A DNA stretch of 64,000 nucleotides from an uncultured virus (IMG/VR IMGVR_UViG_3300009008_000030) (IMGVR_UViG_3300009008_000030); one strand, 5' to 3'; positions 17,743 to 27,778 are shown, counted from the stretch's first letter. Numbers and translations are program-made. Notes: a model not told the origin generated them from the sequence alone.

Positions 17743-19556
17743 TCATTCATCATCATAGGCGTAGGCCACTTCGCGAATCAGATCCTCAGTCACGCCTGCC
17801 TTGTTGCCAGCAGCCTCCACGCGAGCGCGGGTGGTGTGTGAGAACACCAGCCGCAGCGTGGTGTGGGCCATGACCCGGCGGGCCATGTCCTTGATGCGTC
17901 GTTCCGTCCTGGCGTAGACGGGGAGCCCCACCCCGGTGGGCGCGTGGCTCAGCCGCCAGCCGCGCCCCCCGAGAACCCGGTGGACTGCGAACAGCCCAGA
18001 AGCCACCTGGGCCTCGACCACCTGGGGGTCTCCCTCAGTGGCTAGGGTGATCTCACTGGCGACGAAGCGGGTCATGGAGCCGTGGGTGCTGAGGCCAGGG
18101 CGCGAAGCTCTCGCCGCCTCACGTCCTTGAGGTGTTGTCGGTACTCAAAGCGCACCACCGCCTGCGTTGACCCGCTCTCGGTCCAGCCACAGGGACACAC
18201 GCCCGTAGAGCTTCGTTCCTCGCCATACTCACCAGACCATTCGACGGTCAGCTTGTGGCCCTTGATTCTAAGAGCCATGCTATCGGTCCTCCCGCTGGGC
18301 GGTGCTGCGGCTGACGAAGCCCATCGCCCCAAGCGCCTGGAGGGCAGCGGTCTCTCGGCAGACCATGCACAAGCCCTTCCAGGGGCCTCGTGTGCGCTGC
18401 GCCAGGGTGTAGCCCCAGGCGTCGAACGTCGTGCGGCACTTGCTGCACGGCATCGGATGCTCCATTTTCTCGCTAGGGTTGGTCATGGCCTATGCCCCTT
18501 CGTTGCAATCGCCTGTTCCGAGATCCTCGTAGCAGCAGGTAGTGCAGCACCCGCAGTCCTCACAGAGATCTCCGGTTTCGTTTTCGTCACCACAGTGGGA
18601 GCAGGGGTGGAAGTGCTGAGGCGGGCCGACCGTGATGGTGATGCGCGAGTAGCCCTCGAAGTTGGGCTCGTCGGTGATGGGCTCCAGCAGGGCCGTGACC
18701 CCGCCGCAGTAGCGGAGGCGCTCTTGGATCACTTCTTCCAGCCGCTTGCCGTAGCTGTCCTCATCCACTTCCAGCAAGTCGATGTTGTGGCTGTCGTTGT
18801 TGTCGTTGATGCCGATGTAGCGATAGATGGTCATGTCACTTGTTCTCCGTAGGGGGGGTTGAGGGGGCGTGCTGCCAGTCGCGAATCAGGTCAGCCAGGG
18901 GGCTGTACATGCCGATGTAGATCTCGTTGTTGCGTACTATCCGGCTGCCTGACGGCCAGCGGGGAGACCCGGCGGGCATGGACAGGCCGCCGTGGACCGC
19001 ATCCTCGCCGGGGTGCAGGTCGGGCCAGCGCAGATCTTCCAGCAGTCGGAGGATCTTCAAGGCCAGTTGTTCTTTCGATGCAGCCATGTCAGTCTCCCTG
19101 CGGGACGGCGGTGGTCACGACCGTCTCGTTGAGTCGGAGGGCCTCTACCGTTGTCTCCAGGCTCGCTATCACCCGCTCTACCGCCGCCATGTGCGCGGCT
19201 CGGTCACTGGCTTGCCAGCGGTCTAGGGGCTGCGAGATTTCGGGGGGAACTGCTGCCACAACAGAGTGGAGATCCGAAGTGGTTTGAAGTGAGGTGAGGG
19301 TAAAGGTCTGCTGGCCGAAGTCGCCGGGAGGGGCCTCGACCAGAGTGATGTTGAGTGCTGTTGTCCACTCGCCTGTTGTGGCGCTTGAGCGCACCCGCAT
19401 CACCAAGTCAGTCCCGGCCCCTGTGTTGCGAGCGAGGGTCTCGATGCGGTGGGAGGCTCCGTAGAGGTGAGGATCTCGGACGATGAGTTGCGCCAAGGTG
19501 ATCAGGAACCCGGCGAAGTTGGTGGTGTTGTGGATAGTGGCTTTCTCAAAGGGCAT
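17743..19556 (-). CDS. Run of small hypothetical genes (17743-18075, ~18072-18278, 18280-18486, 18490-18834, 18836-19087, 19089-19556)
   Basis: Closely packed co-oriented ORFs with RBSs; several are Cys-rich. Confidence 0.6.
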
Positions 19557-19560
19557 GGCG

Positions 19561-19635
19561 GTCTCCTAGTTGGTGCCCGTAGGGCAGGGGGTGGACCCCC
19601 GTCTGGTGACCCCTCTCGGGGCCACCAGCCCGGTC
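19561..19635 (-). repeat. Structured intergenic element, copy 3
   Basis: Same layout; GAGA tetraloop in the long stem. Confidence 0.85.
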
Positions 19636-20157
19636 TCAGTACATTCCTGGGAAGCACACGTCTTGGGTGGTGGTGATCGCGTCCTCCCAGGAGTTCAGGG
19701 CTTCTTCCAGTTCTCCCATTTGGTCGGGCAGGTCGGTCTCGGCCTCGTCGGCCTTTTCCTGGGCCGCTGCAAGGGCCTCTCGGCCCGCGTCGAGAGCCAC
19801 CTGGGCCATGACCTGTCCGTTGGACAGACGGCCCCACCGCGCCCATGCCTTGCGCCTGCTGTCATAGGTGTAGTCGAGTCGCTGGTTTTGGATCTCGTCG
19901 GGGAGATCTCCCACCAGATTGTTGAGGGTGTCCAATTCCTCTACCGCTTGATCTAGCTGCGCGGCGGCTTCCGAGACTTCTTCGTACTTCGGCAGGTGAT
20001 CCATGCCGTTGCACTCCAGATTCTCCTGCCACTCGGTTATCTCGTCGCGCAGTTCCTCGACAGCGCAGTAGGCGTCACAGACGAGCGCCTCCAGGGTGCT
20101 GCTGGCGGGAGCGTTGCGGGAGCCGCGAGGGCGGCTGGGCCGGGTGGGGTGGGTCAT
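19636..20157 (-). CDS. Acidic coiled-coil hypothetical protein
   Basis: VEELRDEITEWQENLE...; flanked by element copies. Confidence 0.7.
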   Translation of the reverse strand: MTHPTRPSRPRGSRNAPASSTLEALVCDAYCAVEELRDEITEWQENLECNGMDHLPKYEEVSEAAAQLDQAVEELDTLNNLVGDLPDEIQNQRLDYTYDSRRKAWARWGRLSNGQVMAQVALDAGREALAAAQEKADEAETDLPDQMGELEEALNSWEDAITTTQDVCFPGMY

Positions 20158-20160
20158 GGT

Positions 20161-20240
20161 CAGTCTCCTAGTTGGTGCCCGTAAGGGCAGGGGGTGGACC
20201 CCCGTCTGCTGAGGGGGTCAAGCCCCCCAGCAGCCCGGTC
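20161..20240 (-). repeat. Structured intergenic element, copy 4
   Basis: Same layout with a different stem sequence. Confidence 0.85.
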
Positions 20241-20245
20241 GTCTG

Positions 20246-21286
20246 CTACCAGACGCTCTCAACCCATCCGTCCTCCTGCATGCGGCTCCGCATCTCGTCA
20301 CGCTTCTCTTCGACGCGCTCCTTGTTGGCCGCGTATACGTCCTCATCAAAGTACACCTCTACACCACTCTCCACGAGCCCCTGTAGGACACGAGGCTCCA
20401 GAGCGTCCAACTCCCAGGCATCATCCAGACCATGCTCGGCAACGTAGCTGTCGTAGCGGCTGCTGCTCTGCTTGGCGGGGAAGGGGGGCGGGCTGTAGGT
20501 GTCAATCTGCTCGGCGCTCAAGGCCAATCGCTCAAAGCGAATGTTGAGCGGGGTGGCGTAGTCGTCGTTCTTGTTGAACGACTGGCCAGCAGGGCAGCGA
20601 TCCTCGATGATGCCGTTCTCCAGCATCGTGTTCAGATTGCGCTCGGCGCTACGAGGGATCTCAAACCCGTCAGGGTCATGGTCGCCAAAGTAGAGAATCA
20701 CGCAGTCTTTGGTCTCGTCTCGGGTGGCGCGGTCAGCCCGCTTGAGCCACTCGTGGAGGCTGCTGACCGAGGGGTAGCCCTTGCAAGCAAAGAGTCCCAC
20801 ACCCAGGCGCGAGCAGACGTTCTCAAAGACGCCTGTGAGGGCCTCTTTCTCAACCCAGACGTACACCAGGGTGTCTTGACCGAACCAGCGAGCGCGGTTG
20901 ATGTTCCACGAGGGCATAGAGCGAATCTGTCGCCCCGCCATGTCGAGGGCCTCTTCCACGTCCAGATCATCGGTCAGAGAGTCGGTGAGTCCCACCTTGC
21001 GGCCACGATCCTCGATGAAGTGCATCGGGAAATCGCCCGCCAGTCGCGCCTTCGCGCAAGTGTCAACGACGCGCTTGTAATGCTTCTGGCCGTTCGCCAG
21101 GAGCCCGCGACTGACAAGCTGGTAGTACAACTGCCGGATGGTGAGGGTGAGGTTCCCGTAGTAATACTCTTCGCAGATCACCCGACAGCAGTCGAGCAAC
21201 TGAGGACGGGTCATTTTGGGGGGAGTGCCGGTGGCTTCTGCGGAAGCCTTCATGGCGTCATAAACGTGTTGGGAAGGAATAGACAT
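20246..21286 (-). CDS. Topoisomerase VI-A/JetD-like TOPRIM protein (DUF2399-like)
   Basis: LTIRQLYYQLV, VWVEKEAL, KGYPS, ILYFGDHDPDG, ERLAL and WELDAL. Confidence 0.8.
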   Translation of the reverse strand: MSIPSQHVYDAMKASAEATGTPPKMTRPQLLDCCRVICEEYYYGNLTLTIRQLYYQLVSRGLLANGQKHYKRVVDTCAKARLAGDFPMHFIEDRGRKVGLTDSLTDDLDVEEALDMAGRQIRSMPSWNINRARWFGQDTLVYVWVEKEALTGVFENVCSRLGVGLFACKGYPSVSSLHEWLKRADRATRDETKDCVILYFGDHDPDGFEIPRSAERNLNTMLENGIIEDRCPAGQSFNKNDDYATPLNIRFERLALSAEQIDTYSPPPFPAKQSSSRYDSYVAEHGLDDAWELDALEPRVLQGLVESGVEVYFDEDVYAANKERVEEKRDEMRSRMQEDGWVESVW

Positions 21287-21636
21287 TTTCTTCTCCTGGG
21301 GGTGTAGCCGCTAGGGCTTGACCCCGGTTGGGTCGTGACCGGGAATCGGCCACACCCAGGACACTAATGGATGCGAATACCCCTGTATACGCTAGAATAT
21401 ATCTACACCGAAATACGCTCCCTTGGGATGCCCTAAGCGCCGGGTCGTTTGAGCGGTGGGGGGCGCTCTGAGGCGCTCTGAGGGCCTCTCCCGCCAGGGG
21501 GGTTTTCGCCCCCCTATAGGGGTAGACGCGAGGATAGAGGGCATCTCCTTCGACTCGTGACCGTCGTCACGCTACCGGAGGCGTCACCTGTCCTGTAAGT
21601 GGACAGCGCCTTTGCGCCGGATGCCAGCCCTCTACC

Positions 21637-22071
21637 CTATCCTGCGTCCATCATCCTCTCTCTTGACTTACCACAGTGGATGCAGTCTGCGCTGCACGCG
21701 CTCTCGGTGCGCTCCCAGCAATACAGGCACTCTAGGAGGCAGGGTTGATCTGCGCTCCTCTTTGGGTGCCAATAATGCTCTCCGTTGGAGCAGTCGCGCT
21801 TGCGCCGCTGGGGGCCACCCAGGACCACCCCATCATCGAGTTGCAGATCTGAGTTGAGCAGCACCACCGTGGCCCGCCCATCCTTGCGATACCGCCGCCC
21901 CCCTCTGCGATGGAGCGTAGTTCCCTCTCTCGCCCCGCCGCAGTGCATGGCGTAGATCTTGGTTTCTGACCACCTGCCCGGTACTGGTGGCCGAGTGTCG
22001 TCGGCCATCCCCACCACAGCGTCCTCGTCATACCGCTTGAGAAGCTCAATAAGATCTTTCACAGTCATCAT
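21637..22071 (-). CDS. Hypothetical protein
   Basis: MMTVKDLIELLKRYDEDAVV is a common phage N-terminus; Cys-rich C-terminus. Start position uncertain. Confidence 0.5.
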   Translation of the reverse strand: MMTVKDLIELLKRYDEDAVVGMADDTRPPVPGRWSETKIYAMHCGGAREGTTLHRRGGRRYRKDGRATVVLLNSDLQLDDGVVLGGPQRRKRDCSNGEHYWHPKRSADQPCLLECLYCWERTESACSADCIHCGKSRERMMDAG

Positions 22072-22136
22072 ATCCATTCCCTCCAGCGAGGCACGATTGC
22101 CCCGTCCCTTATCCTCACAACCGCCAAGGCCGTTTG

Positions 22137-22384
22137 GTGACAAACAAAATGAAGGGAGACCGAAAATAGGCGAGCAGCGATGCGATTTACTACAGCCATA
22201 TCCAGCCCCTTCATCGGCGGGACACCGTGCCCCGTCCTCTCACTACCTATCAGGCCGGAATGGCCCGATGTGTGACAAACAAAATGAAGGGAGACCGAAA
22301 ATAGGCGAGCAGCGATGCGATTGTCACTACAGCCATCTCCAGCCCCTTCGTCGGCGGGACACCGTGCCCCGTCCTCTCACTACC
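22137..22384. repeat. ~111-bp direct repeat, two copies (22137-22247, 22272-22384) with degenerate flanks
   Basis: Near-identical gtgacaaacaaaatgaagggagaccgaaaatagg...cctctcactacc. Confidence 0.9.
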
Positions 22385-22463
22385 AAGGACGAGCAAAGTG
22401 ACAGGGTTCTGACAAAATAGACTGAAAATAATTGAAAATAGGAGAGCAGGGATGCGGTTGGGA

Positions 22464-22766
22464 CTAGAAGAGTCCGTCCAGTTCTTCGGCTGCTAGGAGG
22501 GACTCATCGATCTGCTGGCGCAGCCACTCGCTGCGCGGCATCTCGCCTCTCAGATACTCAATGCGCTCGACGGTTCGCTCGGTGACTCTCACGGTCAGGA
22601 CCGAAGTGTAGGAATCAGGTGACCTCTCCGTGCCGGGCAGAGGGCCTCTTGACCCTACGGGTTGGCCTTGACCCCCGCACCTGGGACAGACCGTGTTCTG
22701 TACGGCGTAGTAGCTTGTGGTGCAGGCAGAGCAGCCCCACCGTTTGACGACTTGTTGTGCCTTCAT
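22464..22766 (-). CDS. Zinc-ribbon plus RHH-like protein
   Basis: CSAC...CPRC and LTVRVTERTVERIEYLRGEMPRSEWLRQQI. Confidence 0.6.
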   Translation of the reverse strand: MKAQQVVKRWGCSACTTSYYAVQNTVCPRCGGQGQPVGSRGPLPGTERSPDSYTSVLTVRVTERTVERIEYLRGEMPRSEWLRQQIDESLLAAEELDGLF

Positions 22767-23338
22767 GTTGATCTCCTTATTTCACCGTTGACGGGCAGCA
22801 TGGCCTGTTGGTAGTCAAAGTTGGTATCGAACGCCTCTCGTATCGAGATCTTATTCCCCGAGAACTGCTCAAACTCGCCTTTGTAGGTCACCACTGACTC
22901 CGGTATCTGTATGCGACCCCTGACGAACTCGATACCCGTCTCGGTCGGTCTCCACAGGCCCGAGTGCTTTGTCTTTCCGCTAAAAGACCAAAGAGGATCT
23001 TCGGTAGGCCGAATGATTAAGCCCCAATGACGCAAGGTAGGTAGCTGGTTGGTTTGGACAACGTGGCGCGGAGCGGTGTGTGCAACATTGACCCACCTGT
23101 TTTTCTCAGGGTGATAGTGCTGAACCAGCCACATCAATCCCACAGCCATAGACTTGTTGATCGTGTACTTGTACCGCTTCGCCCAACCTCCGCAACAGGG
23201 GCAGTAGATCCCGGTACTGTAGGTAGCGGCTCGCACCGCAGCCCGTACCTTACTTAACGGCTCATTAGGATCTACAACGTGGTATCTAGGCTTCTCACTT
23301 TCGTCCATACGGTCTCCGGTAGGCTCCAGGGGAGCCAA
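22763..23338 (-). CDS. Hypothetical phage protein (CPCC, winged-helix-like)
   Basis: CPCCG..AKRYK...LRHWGLI...SGLWRPTETGIEF. Confidence 0.65.
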   Translation of the reverse strand: MAPLEPTGDRMDESEKPRYHVVDPNEPLSKVRAAVRAATYSTGIYCPCCGGWAKRYKYTINKSMAVGLMWLVQHYHPEKNRWVNVAHTAPRHVVQTNQLPTLRHWGLIIRPTEDPLWSFSGKTKHSGLWRPTETGIEFVRGRIQIPESVVTYKGEFEQFSGNKISIREAFDTNFDYQQAMLPVNGEIRRST

Positions 23339-23714
23339 TCAAGTGCCAGCGGCGTTGCCGACAGGTAAACATCGAGTGAGCTTTGAGAGAAGCCCGTACA
23401 GAGCCAAGAGAGGCCCCTACACGCTCGCTAAGCTCGCGGGGAGTACCAGGGCCGCGTAGCAGCAACTCGCCTATGAGCCGCTGACCTACGCTCCCTGGAG
23501 CGGGTCTAGGCCGGAGAGGACGGTTGCCGCGACCACGACGACGCCGTTGAGCGGTGCCCGAAGGCAAACCCCACAACAGTCGATCTCGCCGCACTGTCTC
23601 CAAACTGGCCTCGACCCCGAAGTGTCGGAGCGCATCGCACACCGAAACATCACTGGCTTCAGGGCTCGCCAGAAAGAAAGACCGCACGAAGTCGCGACGG
23701 AACCATATCTCCAT
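23295..23714 (-). CDS. HTH-containing protein
   Basis: GPGTPRELSERVGASLGSVRASL. Confidence 0.55.
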   Translation of the reverse strand: MEIWFRRDFVRSFFLASPEASDVSVCDALRHFGVEASLETVRRDRLLWGLPSGTAQRRRRGRGNRPLRPRPAPGSVGQRLIGELLLRGPGTPRELSERVGASLGSVRASLKAHSMFTCRQRRWHLIGSPGAYRRPYGRK

Positions 23715-23746
23715 GTGGAGAAGTATACGTTAGTAGCTACAGGTGG

Positions 23747-24004
23747 TCAATCCCCTGGACACGCGCTCGCAGCGAGTTCCACAATGGCCTTGGCCAGCAC
23801 CGGGATGGGGGCAGCTTCGCGGGACTTGACCGGGTGGCCTCCCTCTTGGACACGGACGCGCCGTTGGTCCCACCGCCGAACTGAGCGGTCAGATACGCTT
23901 ACTTGAGTTGCGATCTGATCGTAGCGCCAGCCTGCGCTGCGAAGTCTACCGAGAGCATCCATCCAGAGATCGTGTGGTTCGTCCATGCGCCGAAGATAGG
24001 CCAC
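23747..24004 (-). CDS. Small HTH protein
   Basis: WRYDQIATQVSVSDRSVRRW. Confidence 0.6.
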   Translation of the reverse strand: MAYLRRMDEPHDLWMDALGRLRSAGWRYDQIATQVSVSDRSVRRWDQRRVRVQEGGHPVKSREAAPIPVLAKAIVELAASACPGD

Positions 24005-24387
24005 GAACTTGACTCATGTCAATCGCAGGCTCTAGCCGCGAGCATCCACCCTCAGAGAAGGAGGGGAGAGGGTGGATACTGCGGAGAGGACGATCTTGAG
24101 TGGGGGAGGATCGTCCTGGCAACGCTACCACAAGCTCAAAAAGGTGCAATCTGCTTTACCACCTCTTGCATCTTCTTGGACTCGCGTAGCAAGACCTTCA
24201 CCTGAATGTCGGCCTTCACCTTGCGCTCATGGCAGCGCACGCACAGCCCGTGGGCCAAGACCATCGACTGCGCTTCGCACAGGCGGCACTCAATCGCTTC
24301 AACTCTACTTCCCATCGCTCAACTCCAGCTTGTCCAGGGGGCGGGAGAGTACAGCAGATCTCGCCGTCTGGAAGCCCCTCCCTGAAA

Positions 24388-24537
24388 AAAACAAAAGAAA
24401 AAACGAAGCGATGCGCCTGGAGAGGACATCTACATGCAGAGGGCAGCGTCCACAACCGTGAGTGCCTGTCCCATAAACAGAGAGGCATCGCAAAGAAAAC
24501 AAAAGAAAAAACGAAGCGATGCGCCTGGAGAGGACAT
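24388..24537. repeat. 42-bp perfect direct repeat (24388-24429, 24496-24537)
   Basis: aaaacaaaagaaaaaacgaagcgatgcgcctggagaggacat occurs twice in a divergent intergenic region. Confidence 0.9.
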
Positions 24538-24754
24538 TTATCAATAGAGGCCCTCGATGAGAGAGGGTCGGAATTGTCAAAAGAGTGTCAACGACTGCAA
24601 CTTTTGCTGGTCTGGAGCACATAGGGGAATAGAGGCAATCCTGCCTCGATTATGAGAAGGAAGATACAATGGAAGGTTATACTTTTTACGCACTTACGCG
24701 CTGCCACAACTCTAGTACCCGCGACTACCGCTTCAAGGTGGAAGGGGGAGGCGT

Positions 24755-25126
24755 ATGAGCAGGGGATTAAAGAAGGGAGTTGGGAGCTACGACGAGAGGG
24801 CCGACGATGCCTTCGACGCACTGATGGAGAAGGACTATCTCGATCTCACGGACGTAGAGAAGCTCCTGGCCGCCCTGGTCTTGGTTCGCGATGTGTACCT
24901 CGCGGTTCACACCGGGTCACACCGCTGCGAGTGTTGTACCCGGCAGACCTATGAGGATTGGGACGGGCATCAGGTCAAGCAGGTCTACAAAGGGCTGGTC
25001 AACAAGCTGCGGAACACGATCCACACCACCGAGAAAGCTCTCGGGGAAGGGTGGGAGCCGCGCCGACCAGACTGGTATCTCGATGCCCGCCAAGGCGATA
25101 CGAAGAAAGGAGGTGCAAGTAAGTGA
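24755..25126 (+). CDS. Hypothetical protein
   Basis: GGAGG RBS; CECC motif. Confidence 0.65.
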   Translation: MSRGLKKGVGSYDERADDAFDALMEKDYLDLTDVEKLLAALVLVRDVYLAVHTGSHRCECCTRQTYEDWDGHQVKQVYKGLVNKLRNTIHTTEKALGEGWEPRRPDWYLDARQGDTKKGGASK

Positions 25127-25171
25127 AAAGCGGATGCCCTCGGCAGATACCCTAGTCCCTGCCGGGGGCGT

Positions 25172-25486
25172 TCAGCTATCTAAGATCGGCTCGCCGTCCT
25201 TGCCGTAGTTGGCCTGAAAGGTGGGGGTGCCTTCACCCATCCACGCCCCGATGGTGTTGTAGCAGTACCAGTCCAGGGCCTCATCTTCCCCGCAATCCAA
25301 CCACGACATGATGGCCTTAACGCACTTGAACTCATCGTAGACTGCTACCCAGATGTCCTGCTTCCTGGGCCACGAATCCACCGGATGGTCCGTTATGTCC
25401 ACGATGGCTGCGTCGAAGAACTCACGGGGCTCCACCAGGGCCGCATCGGGGTTCAGCTTCACCAACTTGTCGATCAACTCGCTCAT
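25172..25486 (-). CDS. Hypothetical phage protein
   Basis: AVYD...EDEALDWYCYNTIGAWMGEGTP is a common phage family pattern. Confidence 0.75.
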   Translation of the reverse strand: MSELIDKLVKLNPDAALVEPREFFDAAIVDITDHPVDSWPRKQDIWVAVYDEFKCVKAIMSWLDCGEDEALDWYCYNTIGAWMGEGTPTFQANYGKDGEPILDS

Positions 25487-25827
25487 TCCTGGGCCGCTTC
25501 CTTCTTGCGTGTCTTGCGGCTGACTTCCTTGAGAGCGCGGATCTCACCGAGGGTGCGTACCGTGTCCACCGTATCGAAGCTAACAAATCTTCTTTCAAGT
25601 TCGTACAGATCATCGACGGTCAAGGCCACATGGCCTAGCCGGAGGTTCACCAGGGTACGCTCGGTGACGCCGAGAACCTGTGCGATGGTCTCGCTGCCGT
25701 AGCTCTTGATGAGATCTGTCAAGTTCATGTCAAGGGCCGAGATCTCGGTGTTCCTCCCATCCGATTTCTTCCTCGGACTGAATCTGTAGCACTGTCTCCG
25801 AGGGTTCCTCCGTAGGAGTCTGAACAA
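25483..25827 (-). CDS. HTH protein
   Basis: SETIAQVLGVTERTLVNLR; true start probably MNLTD. Confidence 0.55.
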   Translation of the reverse strand: MFRLLRRNPRRQCYRFSPRKKSDGRNTEISALDMNLTDLIKSYGSETIAQVLGVTERTLVNLRLGHVALTVDDLYELERRFVSFDTVDTVRTLGEIRALKEVSRKTRKKEAAQE

Positions 25828-25906
25828 GGTGAGGGTCTGCGCTTTGACCTATTCTAATGATCTCAGCTATGCCGTCTTGAAAGGATTGGTCGTTCATGTT
25901 CTCTCC

Positions 25907-27763
25907 TTATGGGGTCCAAGGGATTAACTCACCGGAATCGTTGAAGATAGGCTCTGCATCCTTGTACCACCTCGCCATAAGGTGTGCATCCGCTTTGATG
26001 GGAATGTCGGGGATGAAGGACGCCATGCCCTCCACCATCACCTGTGAGAGCCGCTGTGCCGCGCTCTGAGCCATTTTCGGGCTGCTCTCGATGATTACCT
26101 CGTCATGCACGAAGGCAACGGGCCTAGACCCGTACAGGGGGCTGTCGGAGGGGAGGTAGCACTCCCTGGTCACTTTCCACAGCGCCAGCTTCGCCCCATC
26201 GGCTACCAGCCCTTGAAACAGGGTGTTGGCTCCGCTGGTGAAGGTGCAGCCCCCTCGGAGGCGGCCAGAGCGATGCTGTTCGATGCGAAAGCTCCCTCCT
26301 GCCAGCTTGCTCTTTTCTCCGATTAGCTTGAAGTAGCGGGTCATTTCGGGGTAGCGCGAGATCCAAGCTGCTTTCAGCGCCCTGGCCTCGTCCACCGAAA
26401 CGATGAGCCCATACCCCGCCTTGGCGAAGGCCGCGAAGGCATCCGGGCCTAGACCCGCTGGCAAGCCAAAGTTGAGCGCCTTGCTCAGTTGCCGGGTCTC
26501 TTTGAGTTGCTTGTCTCCCGCTTCGTAGCGGGTCACCGCATCTTCGTAGGAGATACCCAAGATCCCAGCAGCCGTCTCTAGGTGCAGTTCGCGACCAGCC
26601 TGGAGCGCAGTAGCCATTTCGCTTTCGCCAAAGAGATCGAGCAACACCTGGGCCAGCCCGCAAAGCTCCGCAACGTGGTAGTCGGCGCAGACAAAGAGCT
26701 TGCCAGGGCGAGGCACGAAGCACTCCCTGGCCCCGCCGCGCCGGGGCTGATTCTGGACGTTGGGCTTGCTGGCGCTGGTCCTGCCGGAGTCCACCAGCCC
26801 ATAGCGCGGGTTGAGGGGCTTCTCTGTGCCTTTTCGGAGCAGGGGAACGTAGGTGCTCAGGAGCTTCTGGTCGTTGCTGATGGACGCGAGAAGCTGGAGA
26901 TCTGAATCCCCCGATGCCTCCAGGGTCTCGACCGATGTGCTGACAGATCCCTTGGGCGTAAGCGGAGTAGCGTCACCCAGCGCGGCCTCGACCAGCCGTC
27001 TGACTTCCTTCATGTCCTTAGTCCGGTTGGGACGATACAGGCCCTTGCGCTGCAAGATCACCATCGCCTCGTCTACAGACAGGCTGAGGTCTTGCTCCAG
27101 GGCTTCGACCGCTTCGGGGTCCGTTCGCATCCCCCAGGCACCCAACAGGTGCAGGGGCCATGCGTAGGCGCACTGGCGCTCTAGGTCGGGCATTTCATCG
27201 AAGCCGTGGAACCTCTGCTCGACGTAGCGCCGCTGCGCGGCCCATACGCGCCATGTGATGCGTGCATCCTCGGCGGCGTAGCGGTGGGCCTCGATGGGGT
27301 ACTTGGAGATCGGCACTCCCTCAAGCTCACGGTATCGGAGACGCCACACATCGTCTCCGTTCTTGCCTTCGACCTTCTCTCCCAGGAACTTCTCAGAGAG
27401 TGCGGCCAGGGAGTGTTTGGGGGGGCGACCCTGGTCGGGATCGAACTTGGTAGTGCCTTGACCAATGTGGATGAGGCGGCTGTGAATCATGGTGTCTCGG
27501 ATGCGCCCGGCATCGTAGGCGTCCCACACCAGCTTGGCATCGAGGCCCGCTTGAACGAGGACTGCGAGATCGTAGGAGATGTTGTGTCCCACGATCACTA
27601 GCTCGGGGCCTGCTTTCAGGAGCCGCTGCGCGTAGGAGAGGGCCTCGTCGCGGCCTAGCAAGACCGGCTCGCTGCCGTAAGAGGCCGAGAGGCACACCAG
27701 CCGGGGCGCGAGCCGCCCAGGAGCGATGAGCCATGTCTCGGTGTCTATTGCGACGTATTCCAT
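25907..27763 (-). CDS. Family A DNA polymerase with 3'-5' exonuclease
   Basis: ExoI DTET, GHNISYDL, YAAEDA, SGRTS..PNVQNQPR, motif A ADYHVAEL, motif B RQLSKALNFG, motif C FVHDE. Confidence 0.95.
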   Translation of the reverse strand: MEYVAIDTETWLIAPGRLAPRLVCLSASYGSEPVLLGRDEALSYAQRLLKAGPELVIVGHNISYDLAVLVQAGLDAKLVWDAYDAGRIRDTMIHSRLIHIGQGTTKFDPDQGRPPKHSLAALSEKFLGEKVEGKNGDDVWRLRYRELEGVPISKYPIEAHRYAAEDARITWRVWAAQRRYVEQRFHGFDEMPDLERQCAYAWPLHLLGAWGMRTDPEAVEALEQDLSLSVDEAMVILQRKGLYRPNRTKDMKEVRRLVEAALGDATPLTPKGSVSTSVETLEASGDSDLQLLASISNDQKLLSTYVPLLRKGTEKPLNPRYGLVDSGRTSASKPNVQNQPRRGGARECFVPRPGKLFVCADYHVAELCGLAQVLLDLFGESEMATALQAGRELHLETAAGILGISYEDAVTRYEAGDKQLKETRQLSKALNFGLPAGLGPDAFAAFAKAGYGLIVSVDEARALKAAWISRYPEMTRYFKLIGEKSKLAGGSFRIEQHRSGRLRGGCTFTSGANTLFQGLVADGAKLALWKVTRECYLPSDSPLYGSRPVAFVHDEVIIESSPKMAQSAAQRLSQVMVEGMASFIPDIPIKADAHLMARWYKDAEPIFNDSGELIPWTP

Positions 27764-27778
27764 AGCTCCCCCAAGGTG

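Noticed and set aside
16188..20240. Intergenic elements as tRNA genes or plain Rho-independent terminators
   Set aside because: There is no acceptor stem, anticodon arm or TTC loop, and no U-tract; each element runs straight into an RBS.
22137..22384. Mini-CRISPR array
   Set aside because: The repeat (~111 bp) is far longer than the ~24-bp gap, and there are only two good copies.
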